In this document: positions 8,031-16,986 of the stretch, in pieces | How the letters are laid out: the number at the start of each line of letters is the position of its first letter | Numbering within the stretch: the stretch's first letter is position 1 | Assembly (NCBI GenBank): GCA_028693085.1 | Contig: JAQUWC010000002.1 | Location: 6,420 to 70,419 of the forward strand | DNA from: Bacteroidales bacterium | Lineage (GTDB): Bacteria > Bacteroidota > Bacteroidia > Bacteroidales > WCHB1-69 | Direction of reading: 5' to 3' | DNA: 64,000 nucleotides | Program-made: the position numbers and the translations under genes | Notes under the pieces: model-generated | Database searches by the model: none | What the model saw: only the letters and a program-made list of their open reading frames with translations | Told to the model about the DNA's origin: nothing

Positions 8031-8756
8031 ATGAAAATTGCCATTCCAACCAAAGATAACATGGTTGATGAACATTTTGGAGACGCAGAGCAATACACTA
8101 TATATACCATTGACAATCAAAGTAAGATTGTATCTCAAGAAAATTTAGCTTGTAAGGAAGGATGTGGTTGTAAAAGCAATATAGCCACTACTCTTCATAA
8201 GCTGGGAGTTGAAATCATTTTAGCCGGAAATATGGGAGATAATGCCAAAAACATACTTGAGGACAATCAAATGAAAGTAATCCGCGGATGTAAAGGAAAT
8301 ATCGATGACCTTATCCAAGCTTATCTTGTAGGAAACGTATCCGACAATGGAGAAGGATGTCATCACAAGCATTCATCCCACGATTGTGGTTCAGCGCAAA
8401 TCTCTACTCCCATTGTATTAGATAAAGCTTCGTTTTTATCCAAAGTTTTTAATTACGAAGCCCAAGCTGAAAAGTGGGTTTACGAGGGAGATAAACCTGC
8501 CATCATTGACTTTCATGCCACCTGGTGTGCCCCTTGTAAATCAGTGTCACCTATTTTAGAAGACCTTGCCAAAGAATATGCCGGTCAGCTTTATATTTAT
8601 AAAATTGATATTGACCAAGAGCAAGAATTAGCCGCCGTTTTTGGAATACAAAGCGTTCCCACCTTTCTATTTATACCCTTAAACGATACCCCTAAAATGG
8701 CTTCAGGTGCACTTTCCAAAGAAAACTTTTTAAAAATTATTAAAGATTTAATATAA
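8031..8756 (+). CDS. Fusion protein: NifB/NifX-like (dinitrogenase FeMo-cofactor-binding fold) domain + Cys/His-rich linker + thioredoxin
   Basis: The N-terminal part, MKIAIPTKDNMVDEHFGDAEQYTIYTI...ILAGNMGDNAKNIL, resembles the Nitro_FeMo-Co fold. The linker is GEGCHHKHSSHDCG. The C-terminal part is a canonical thioredoxin (FHATWCAPCK...VPTFLFI). Start moved from 7962 to 8031 on promoter position. Confidence 0.75.
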   Translation: MKIAIPTKDNMVDEHFGDAEQYTIYTIDNQSKIVSQENLACKEGCGCKSNIATTLHKLGVEIILAGNMGDNAKNILEDNQMKVIRGCKGNIDDLIQAYLVGNVSDNGEGCHHKHSSHDCGSAQISTPIVLDKASFLSKVFNYEAQAEKWVYEGDKPAIIDFHATWCAPCKSVSPILEDLAKEYAGQLYIYKIDIDQEQELAAVFGIQSVPTFLFIPLNDTPKMASGALSKENFLKIIKDLI

Positions 8757-8760
8757 GAAA

Positions 8761-9132
8761 ATGGAAAAGAAATATAAGTCATTAAGTTATATCCGTGAAT
8801 TATATCAAGCTATTGTTGATTTCGAAATGGGATTTCAACAAATGTATGATATGACTTTTAATGAAGGTGTTGTATTATGTGCGTTGAAAAGAACTCCTTT
8901 ATCCTCCGGAGAATTAGCGAAGGAATTGAAGCTATCCGCTTCCAATACTTCAAAAGTCATTAAATCTGTCGAAGACAAAGGATTTATTGAAAGATATATG
9001 GGACAAAAAGATCGCCGAAAAATGTATTTTTCCTTAACCGAAAGTGGAAAAGTAAAAGTCAATTCTTTAAAATGCGATGAATCCCAAATGCCTGCCAAAT
9101 TGAGAGACATTCTTCGTGAAATTGAAAAATAA
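8761..9132 (+). CDS. MarR family transcriptional regulator (two cysteines)
   Basis: 123 aa with the winged-HTH pattern LSSGELAKELKLSASNTSKVIKSVEDKGFIER...DRRKMYFSLTESG. Confidence 0.8.
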   Translation: MEKKYKSLSYIRELYQAIVDFEMGFQQMYDMTFNEGVVLCALKRTPLSSGELAKELKLSASNTSKVIKSVEDKGFIERYMGQKDRRKMYFSLTESGKVKVNSLKCDESQMPAKLRDILREIEK

Positions 9133-9150
9133 AAAAAATTAAAATTAATT

Positions 9151-11601
9151 ATGAAACACATTATTATCGGTGGCGTTGCCGGCGGGGCAACGGCTGCTGC
9201 TCGAATTAGACGAAACGATGAATCTTGCGAGATTCTTCTTTTTGAAAAAGGGAAATATATCTCCTATGCCAATTGTGGTTTGCCCTATTACATAGGAGGT
9301 GTCATTAACGATAGAGAAAAACTTTTCCTTCAAACTCCTCAATCCTTTGGCACACGCTTTCATGTAGATGTAAGGGTTGAACAAGAAGTCATTGCTATCG
9401 ACAGTACGCATAAAACCATTACGGTACGTAAAGCAAACGGAGATCAATACTCCGAAACTTACGATAAGTTGTTGCTATCACCGGGTGCGAAACCTTTTTC
9501 GCCTCCTATTCCGGGCATAGATGAAGAAGGAATTTTTACCCTCAGAAATGTCAGCGATACCGATGCCATCAAACAGTATATTCAAACACACGATATCAAA
9601 AAAGCTGTTATCGTAGGAGCCGGTTTTATCGGACTCGAAATGGCCGAAAATCTGCATCACATAGGTGCCGAAATTAGCATAGTCGAAAAACTTGAACAAG
9701 TAATGGCCCCCATGGATTATTCCATGGCCGCAATCATACATGAGCATCTCCAACTGAAAGGAGTAAATCTCTATTTGGGTAAATCTGTTACTGCTTTTCA
9801 TCGCACTAACAATCAAATAGAAATCAGCCTCGATTCCAACGAAACCCTTAGCAGCGACATGGTTATTTTATCCATAGGGGTACGTCCCGAAACACAATTA
9901 GCCGTCGATGCCGGACTTAAAATTGGCGAAACCAAAGGAATATGGGTCGATGAATATTTGCAAACATCGCAAGAGGATATTTATGCTGTAGGCGATGCCA
10001 TTGAATTTCCCCATCCTATTACCGGTAAACCCTGGCTTAATTATTTAGCCAATCCGGCCAACCGTCAAGGACGTTTGGTAGCCGATAATATGGTATTCGG
10101 CAACAAAGAAAAATACGAAGGAGCCATTGGAACTTCGATTGCTAAAGTGTTTGATATGACAGCCGCTGCTACCGGTCTTTCCGCAAAATATCTACGTAGT
10201 ATGAACATCCCCTATAAAAGTTCTACTACTCACTCCGGTTCTCATGCAGGCTATTACCCCAATGCATTTAACATCACAATTAAAATTACCTTTCATCCGG
10301 AAACCGGACGTTTATACGGTGGACAATGCATCGGCATAGAAGGAATTGATAAAAGAATCGACCAATTGGCCCTACTGATTAAAACCGGGGGAAGCATTTA
10401 TGATTTAATAAAACTCGAACATGCCTATGCCCCTCCTTTCTCTTCCGCTAAAGATCCTATAGCCATTGCCGGTTATGTAGCCCATAATATTATCAGTGGC
10501 AGAATGCCTGTTATTTATTGGAGAGATATTCTGAATACCGAGCCTTCTTCTTATACGTTAATAGATGTCAGAACTAAAGAAGAATTTAAATTAGGTGCTA
10601 TCCCCAATGCCATTAACATTCCTGTTGACGATCTCCGCTCCCGTTTGAATGAAATACCAAGCGATAAACCCATTTATCTCTATTGTAAAATCGGATTAAG
10701 AGGCTATCTGGCTCAACAAATCCTAATAGGAAACGGCTTTAAAAATGTATATAATCTCGTAGGAGGTTATACGACTTTCAAACCTGCCACTACGGATTTC
10801 CTACATTGTCAGCCAAAGACTATCAAGAACAGCCCCCAATATGCAGCCAAACCGGCCGAAAGCATCCTGCTTAAAAACATCGTAAAAATCGATGCCTGTG
10901 GTTTACAATGCCCGGGACCTATTTTAAAATTAAAAAATAAAATTGACGAAATAAAGGAAGGCGAACGATTAGAAGTCGTTTCGACCGACCCGGGATTTTC
11001 TCGCGATGCAGAAGCCTGGTGTAATATGACCGGAAATACCTTGATATCAAACACCAATGAAAAAGGGAAGTACACCGTTATCGTCGAAAAAAACGCACCT
11101 AAAAATTGCACGGCGACAACATCTTGCGATGCCAAAGGAAAAACATTAATACTTTTCAGTCAGGAATTAGATAAAGCCTTGGCTACTTTCGTCTTGGCAA
11201 ACGGTGCCGCTGCAACCGGTCAAAAAGTAACGATTTTCTTCACTTTCTGGGGCTTGAACGTTATTAAAAAAGTTGAAAAACCGAAAGTCAACAAAGATAT
11301 CTTCGGAAAAATGTTTTCAATAATGTTGCCCTCCAGTTCACTCAAACTCAAACTTTCAAAATTCAATATGTTTGGCATGGGCAGCGCCATGATGCGCTAC
11401 ATTATGAAATCAAAAGGCATTGATTCACTGGAATCTTTACGTCAACAAGCATTGGATAACGGCGTTGAATTTATTGCATGCCAAATGTCAATGGATGTGA
11501 TGGGGGTAAAAAAAGAAGAATTAATAGATAATGTTACCATCGGCGGCGTGGCCACCTACATGGAAAAAGCCGACCAAGCAAATATTAATTTATTTGTCTA
11601 G
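9151..11601 (+). CDS. Four-domain sulfur-trafficking oxidoreductase: CoA-disulfide/persulfide reductase + rhodanese + TusA-like + DsrE/DsrF-like
   Basis: FAD site IIGGVAGGATAAARIRR and the CoADR active site SYANCGLPYY (Cys42). Rhodanese domain IDVRTKEEF...YLYCKIGLRG. TusA motif DACGLQCPGPILKLK. C-terminal DsrE-like region ILFSQELDKALATFVLANGAAATG...FIACQMSMD. Confidence 0.85.
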   Translation: MKHIIIGGVAGGATAAARIRRNDESCEILLFEKGKYISYANCGLPYYIGGVINDREKLFLQTPQSFGTRFHVDVRVEQEVIAIDSTHKTITVRKANGDQYSETYDKLLLSPGAKPFSPPIPGIDEEGIFTLRNVSDTDAIKQYIQTHDIKKAVIVGAGFIGLEMAENLHHIGAEISIVEKLEQVMAPMDYSMAAIIHEHLQLKGVNLYLGKSVTAFHRTNNQIEISLDSNETLSSDMVILSIGVRPETQLAVDAGLKIGETKGIWVDEYLQTSQEDIYAVGDAIEFPHPITGKPWLNYLANPANRQGRLVADNMVFGNKEKYEGAIGTSIAKVFDMTAAATGLSAKYLRSMNIPYKSSTTHSGSHAGYYPNAFNITIKITFHPETGRLYGGQCIGIEGIDKRIDQLALLIKTGGSIYDLIKLEHAYAPPFSSAKDPIAIAGYVAHNIISGRMPVIYWRDILNTEPSSYTLIDVRTKEEFKLGAIPNAINIPVDDLRSRLNEIPSDKPIYLYCKIGLRGYLAQQILIGNGFKNVYNLVGGYTTFKPATTDFLHCQPKTIKNSPQYAAKPAESILLKNIVKIDACGLQCPGPILKLKNKIDEIKEGERLEVVSTDPGFSRDAEAWCNMTGNTLISNTNEKGKYTVIVEKNAPKNCTATTSCDAKGKTLILFSQELDKALATFVLANGAAATGQKVTIFFTFWGLNVIKKVEKPKVNKDIFGKMFSIMLPSSSLKLKLSKFNMFGMGSAMMRYIMKSKGIDSLESLRQQALDNGVEFIACQMSMDVMGVKKEELIDNVTIGGVATYMEKADQANINLFV

Positions 11602-11866
11602 TTAGACATTTTGAAGATTTTAAATTTCATTAAATTAGCATATATGGTTGATAGATTTATGTACAAATAGTATATTTCCATTTTTGATAAAATTTTAATA
11701 CTAAGATAGTTTAGGTAATTAGGACAAGTTCATATCTTTTTAAAACTAATCATTTTCATTATGCAAGTATACTAATTTTACATTATTGTCCGGTAAAAAC
11801 ACGTTATTAGTAACAGATTCTTCGGACATTAGTGAAACTTTATAAACTTGACAAATTTTCAACGTA

Positions 11867-12370
11867 TTAACTCTCCGATATTCTTCTTTCAGTTTCGAAC
11901 ACTTCCAAATTTTCGGGCATATGTTGTATGAAATCAAAACGCAAAAAAGTGATATAAGAATGGAAGCCTTCTCGACCGGCAGCTCCGGGATTGATGTAAA
12001 GTAAGTGGTGGGTTTGATCATACTTGATACGTAAAATATGGGAATGACCGCATACAAAAATGGAAGGTTGATGGATATGTATCAAACGCAATGCACGAGG
12101 ATTATATTTGTTAGGATAGCCTCCAATATGCGTCATCAATACTTTTGTTTCGTTTAGATAAAATATTTCATTTTCTTTACATTGACTTCTTATTTCAGCA
12201 CCATCGATATTACCGTGTACGGCACGTAAGGGTTTGAAGTTTTGCAATTGAATGAAGGTTTCTTTACGTCCAATATCGCCACAATGCCAGATTTCATCAC
12301 AAGGGGCAAAAAAAGTAAATAGTTCAGGATGCAAAAAAGAGTGAGTGTCGGATAAAATACCTATTTTCAT
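11867..12370 (-). CDS. YfcE/MJ0936-type metallophosphoesterase
   Basis: MKIGILSDTHS, HCGDIG, GNID and VCGHSH metal-ligand motifs in the canonical order. Confidence 0.8.
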   Translation of the reverse strand: MKIGILSDTHSFLHPELFTFFAPCDEIWHCGDIGRKETFIQLQNFKPLRAVHGNIDGAEIRSQCKENEIFYLNETKVLMTHIGGYPNKYNPRALRLIHIHQPSIFVCGHSHILRIKYDQTHHLLYINPGAAGREGFHSYITFLRFDFIQHMPENLEVFETERRISES

Positions 12371-12529
12371 ATGTCAAACTTATATTGTTTCATTAACCCA
12401 AAGCAGTGATCGCCTTGATATAAATCATACTAATACGCATTGGCAAATTTACATGAAATTATCCAATTACACACAGACGGATAAAAATATATTTTAAAAT
12501 TTATAGAGGAAAAGTACATGATTTTTTTA

Positions 12530-12537
12530 TACTTTTG
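12530..12537 (+). promoter_or_regulatory. -7 promoter box (TACTTTTG)
   Basis: TAnnTTTG match 49 nt upstream of the ATG at 12586. It lies inside the ORF-caller's N-terminal extension, which argues for the downstream start. Confidence 0.35.
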
Positions 12538-12585
12538 CGAATAATATATTTTATATATATCAATTATCAGCAACCCTACAACATC

Positions 12586-13719
12586 ATGCATATGGATACA
12601 AACATACATATCAAAGAGGTTGAAAGCAAGAAAGATCTACAAACATTTATCCGCTTCCAACGATCATTATACAAAAATTGCCCCCATTATGTACCTCCTT
12701 TAGACCGGGAACAAAAAATGGCACTACAAAAACATCCGGCCCTATCGTTTTGCGAACGTAGGCTGTGGTTAGCCTATAAGGACTCGCAAGTAGTAGGTCG
12801 TATTGCCGGCATCATAAACCATAAATACAATGCCTTAAAAAATAAAAAGCGAATTCGTTTCGGATGGTTTGACATGATTAACGATGTATCGGTAGCCCAC
12901 GCCCTTATAAGTGCCGTTGAAGACTGGGGCAGGCAAGAAAAGCTCAACGAAATCAGCGGGCCTTCCCGTTATTCGAATATGGAAAAACAAGGCATGCTTA
13001 TCGACGGATTTGATGAAACACCCTCGGTTTCGGCCGAATATAATTATGCTTACTATCCGACTATAATTGAAGCCCTTGGATTTCATAAAGAAGTGGATTA
13101 TATTCAATACAAAGTGAAAGTGAAAGAAGTGCCCGATAAAATCAAAAATTTAAATACCTACATCTCAAATAAATATAATATAAAAATAAAAGAATTTAAG
13201 CATAAAAAAGAATTAAAAACCTACGGAAAAGCATTGCTTAAAGCACTGAACGAAAGCTACGTAAACATTTATAATTTCATCCCTTTAAACGACGAAGAAA
13301 TTGATTTTCATATAAAAAACAATCTTTATTTAATCCAAAAAGACTTGGTTAATGTGTTAGTAGACGAAAATAATAGCTTGGTTGGATTCAGTTTATGTGT
13401 GCCTTCTTTGACTACTGCCCTACAAAAAGCAAAAGGCTCACTATTCCCTTTTGGCTGGTATTACATTCAAAAAGCATTAAAGAAAAACACAAGGGTCGAT
13501 ATGTATCTAACCGGTGTGCTGCCCAAATGGTCCGGAAGTGGCATACACATAATGTATCACTGCAAATTAAACGAAATATTTATCCGAAAAGGATATCAAT
13601 ACGCCATCACCAACCAACAATTGGAATACAATAAAGCCAATCGTATCTGGGAAAAATACGATGCCGAATTATTGTTTACACGGCGATGTTACCTAAAAAA
13701 TTTGTTTTTAAATGAATGA
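12586..13719 (+). CDS. Conserved Bacteroidota protein, probably GNAT-fold acyltransferase-like; function unknown
   Basis: 377 aa. The N-terminus IKEVESKKDLQTFIRFQRSLYKNCPHYVPPL...LAYKDSQVVGRIAGIIN resembles a widespread Bacteroidota family usually annotated as GNAT/hypothetical. This is recognition only. Confidence 0.45.
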   Translation: MHMDTNIHIKEVESKKDLQTFIRFQRSLYKNCPHYVPPLDREQKMALQKHPALSFCERRLWLAYKDSQVVGRIAGIINHKYNALKNKKRIRFGWFDMINDVSVAHALISAVEDWGRQEKLNEISGPSRYSNMEKQGMLIDGFDETPSVSAEYNYAYYPTIIEALGFHKEVDYIQYKVKVKEVPDKIKNLNTYISNKYNIKIKEFKHKKELKTYGKALLKALNESYVNIYNFIPLNDEEIDFHIKNNLYLIQKDLVNVLVDENNSLVGFSLCVPSLTTALQKAKGSLFPFGWYYIQKALKKNTRVDMYLTGVLPKWSGSGIHIMYHCKLNEIFIRKGYQYAITNQQLEYNKANRIWEKYDAELLFTRRCYLKNLFLNE

Positions 13720-13877
13720 ACCTACGGACTAATCAAAAAAAGCTAGCTTTCACAGGAGGATTTTTGGTTTTATTAAAAATATATTGTTGATAAAAAGTCC
13801 TTTTTTTTATGATTTTTGTTAGTAAGTACGTTAACTTTGTAGACAAAATTTCATCTTTTAACATAAAGACCGTTAAA

Positions 13878-16800
13878 ATGCAACTAATCGATAGTAAGAA
13901 AATTAGATATGTAATTATCTTTGCTTTTATAGTATGTACCGGTATAAGTCATGCGCAAAAAAATAAAACATATTCCTTTCCCGACAGAGAATATAATTCG
14001 GCCATTGAATTATTTGCTTTAGAGCAATATGGTGCAGCCAAAAAAATGTTTAAACTTGTTTACGATGTCATTCCTCAAAAATACGACATTCGTAAGGAAC
14101 AATCCCATTACTATATGGGAATTTGTGCTTGTTTACTGTATCATAAAGATGCCGAGACACTTATTTTATCGTTTATGGAAGCCTATCCCGAAAATGCCTG
14201 CCTCGACAGATTATGGTTTTATTTAGGAAATTATTATTTCAATCAATCTTCTTACCGCAAAGCCTTACATGCTTACGAAAAAATTGATCTTCGCTTGCTT
14301 CCTCATGAATGCATCAACGAGTATGAGTTTAAATTAGGATATGCTTATTTTACACACGAAAACTATAAAGAGGCCAAACCTCTCTTATCGAAAGCCAAAG
14401 AAAAAGACAGTCAATATACCTCCAAAGCTTTGTTTTACTATTCACACATTCAATACCTCGAAAACAATTACCATTCGGCACTCATGGGTTTTGAAAAATT
14501 AGCCCACGAACCCTCCTACAGCAGCATCGTTCCATTTTACATCTCACACATTTACTTTGCATTGGGCGACTATGAGAAAATCATACAACAAGCCGAAGAC
14601 TTATTAGCCAAAAGCACACAAAAGAGATGGCCTGAAATAAATCGTATCATTGCCCAATCCCATTATCAATTAAAACAGTACGACAAAGCGATTCCGTATT
14701 TTACAGCCTATACCGAAAAAACAGCTGTACTCAGCTGCGATGATTTTTATGAAATCGGCATTTGCTATTATAAAAACAAACAATACGAACAAGCTATTGA
14801 TCTTCTTACAAAATCCTTTTGTAAAGACAACGACAGCATCAATCAATATGTGTATTTTTCGTTAGGCGATTGCTACTTACAAACAAACCAAAAAGAATTT
14901 GCCTCCAATGCCTTTCTTTCTGCCTACGAACTAAGGAAAAATCCCATCATTATGGAAGATGCTTTATATGCCTATGCTAAACTACAATATGAGTTAACAA
15001 GCAATCCTTTTGTTCCTTCCATAGCAGCATTCGAAAAGTTTTTAAACGAATTTCCTCAATCCAATTATAAAAACGAAGCCGAACATTTTCTAAGCAGTAT
15101 TTATTTGACAACCAAAAATTACAAAGCGGCTATTGCCTCATTGGATAAAATAGAACATAAAAGCATTACTTTACTGAAAGCCTACCAACGAGTACTGTAT
15201 TATAGGGGCATCGAACTCTATAACAACAAAGCCTATCAAGAGGCGGAAAAACACTTTAATTTAGCCATAGAAAACAATTACAATCCCCTTATTTATGCCC
15301 AAAGCTTATATTGGAAAGGCGAAATATACTATCGAGATAAGGATTACGACCAAGCCATAAACTATTATAATCTTTTCCTCTCATCACGAAATGCCTCGCC
15401 TAAAACCGATGAATATGCCATGGCATATTACAACCTGGGCTATGCCCAATTTAAAAAGAAACAATATCCTTTGGCCTTAAAAAGCTTCTTATCCTTTTTC
15501 CAGGAAGATGTCAATCTATACGATAAGAAGATAATAGCCGATGCTTATAACCGCACCGGCGATTGTTATTATATGTCGTCCGCATTACAAAACGCCATCG
15601 AAGCCTATGATAAAGTCATAACCTTACAGTCATATGATGTGGATTACGCTTTATATCAGAAAGCACAATCGCAAGGCGGACTTCGTTTATACGATACTAA
15701 AATCGCTACACTCGAAACTTTATTGAAAGAATATCCCAAATCAAATTATAGTATCGATGCACACATCGAAATGGCAAATACCTATATGCTGACAGGGAAC
15801 AATGCAAAAGCCGAAGAATGCTATGCAAATTTCATCCAAAACAATCCTTCCAGTCCACTTTTAAAAACCGCTTTATTAAAACTCGGCTTGATTTATTTCA
15901 ATACCGAACAAGATGAGAAAGCATTGGATGTCTTTAAGAAAATCGTAAAAAATTATCCCAAATCAGAAGAAGCAGCGACTGCATTGAAAAATATAGAAAC
16001 CATATATTCTACCGGTGGCAACATTGAAGAATTCTTTCTTTACGTAAAAAATGTTTCTTTCGCCAATATAACGGTCGAAAATCAAGATACAATCATGTAT
16101 AATGCCGCTTCTGAAAAGTATTTCACCAAACAATTTGATGATGCCGCTAAAGGATTTACCGCTTATCTGGATCGTTTTCCCAAAGGAGTGTTTACCACTC
16201 AAGCTCATTTTTATAACGGAGAATGTGCCATGAGAAAATCCGATTTCGACAAAGCTTTGCTAAACTATGAATATGTGATTCAAAATCCCATGGATCCTTT
16301 TGAAATCACAGCTCTACAAAATGTCGCTGATATTTATTATCGAAAAGGAGACTATGAAAAATCCCTCACTTATTTTACATTATTACATAAAAAGACAACA
16401 CTCCCCTCACAAAAAACACAAGCACTATTGGGAATAACACGTTCATCTTATTTCAATAAAGCTTATAGCAATGCCATGGCTATGTCGGAAATGCTTTTGG
16501 AAGAACCTAAAATAAGCACCGAACAAAAAGAGGAAGCACATCTCATCATTGCTCGCTCCGCTTTGGAATTAAATGATTTGAAAAAATCTCTTCAAGAATA
16601 CACTTTATTGTCAAAATCATCCAAGCCCGATTATGCCTCCGAAGCTTTGTATTATATCGCTTACATCATTTACAAACAAGACAATCTGCTTGAAGCCGAG
16701 AAGAAAATCTTTGAAATCCTAACCAATATATCCAACGACTACTGGCTGGCTAAAAGCTATATCTTGTTAGGGGACATTTACCTACAAAAGGGAAATTCAT

Positions 16801-16976
16801 TCCAAGCCAAACATACATATATGAGTATCATTGAAAATTACGACGGAGAAGACCTGCGCCAAATGGCAAAAGAAAAATATGATGCTATCATTCAACAAGA
16901 AGAAGCACTGGAAAAACAGCGAATCGAAGCCTTAAAACAAACGGAAGAAACAAAAACACCCGAAACCATAGAATAA
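13878..16976 (+). CDS. Large secreted tetratricopeptide-repeat (TPR) protein
   Basis: Signal peptide after the ATG at 13878. The body is dominated by repeated W/Y-x-x-G-x-x-Y-x-x-x-x-Y-x-x-A patterns (for example YYMGICACLLY, YWKGEIYYRDKDYDQAINYY). Confidence 0.8.
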   Translation: MQLIDSKKIRYVIIFAFIVCTGISHAQKNKTYSFPDREYNSAIELFALEQYGAAKKMFKLVYDVIPQKYDIRKEQSHYYMGICACLLYHKDAETLILSFMEAYPENACLDRLWFYLGNYYFNQSSYRKALHAYEKIDLRLLPHECINEYEFKLGYAYFTHENYKEAKPLLSKAKEKDSQYTSKALFYYSHIQYLENNYHSALMGFEKLAHEPSYSSIVPFYISHIYFALGDYEKIIQQAEDLLAKSTQKRWPEINRIIAQSHYQLKQYDKAIPYFTAYTEKTAVLSCDDFYEIGICYYKNKQYEQAIDLLTKSFCKDNDSINQYVYFSLGDCYLQTNQKEFASNAFLSAYELRKNPIIMEDALYAYAKLQYELTSNPFVPSIAAFEKFLNEFPQSNYKNEAEHFLSSIYLTTKNYKAAIASLDKIEHKSITLLKAYQRVLYYRGIELYNNKAYQEAEKHFNLAIENNYNPLIYAQSLYWKGEIYYRDKDYDQAINYYNLFLSSRNASPKTDEYAMAYYNLGYAQFKKKQYPLALKSFLSFFQEDVNLYDKKIIADAYNRTGDCYYMSSALQNAIEAYDKVITLQSYDVDYALYQKAQSQGGLRLYDTKIATLETLLKEYPKSNYSIDAHIEMANTYMLTGNNAKAEECYANFIQNNPSSPLLKTALLKLGLIYFNTEQDEKALDVFKKIVKNYPKSEEAATALKNIETIYSTGGNIEEFFLYVKNVSFANITVENQDTIMYNAASEKYFTKQFDDAAKGFTAYLDRFPKGVFTTQAHFYNGECAMRKSDFDKALLNYEYVIQNPMDPFEITALQNVADIYYRKGDYEKSLTYFTLLHKKTTLPSQKTQALLGITRSSYFNKAYSNAMAMSEMLLEEPKISTEQKEEAHLIIARSALELNDLKKSLQEYTLLSKSSKPDYASEALYYIAYIIYKQDNLLEAEKKIFEILTNISNDYWLAKSYILLGDIYLQKGNSFQAKHTYMSIIENYDGEDLRQMAKEKYDAIIQQEEALEKQRIEALKQTEETKTPETIE

Positions 16977-16986
16977 TTTATGACAT

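Noticed and set aside
11746-12057. 103-aa minus-strand ORF overlapping the 3' end of the metallophosphoesterase gene
   Set aside because: It lies in a different frame of the same strand as a well-supported gene. It has no motifs and is probably spurious.
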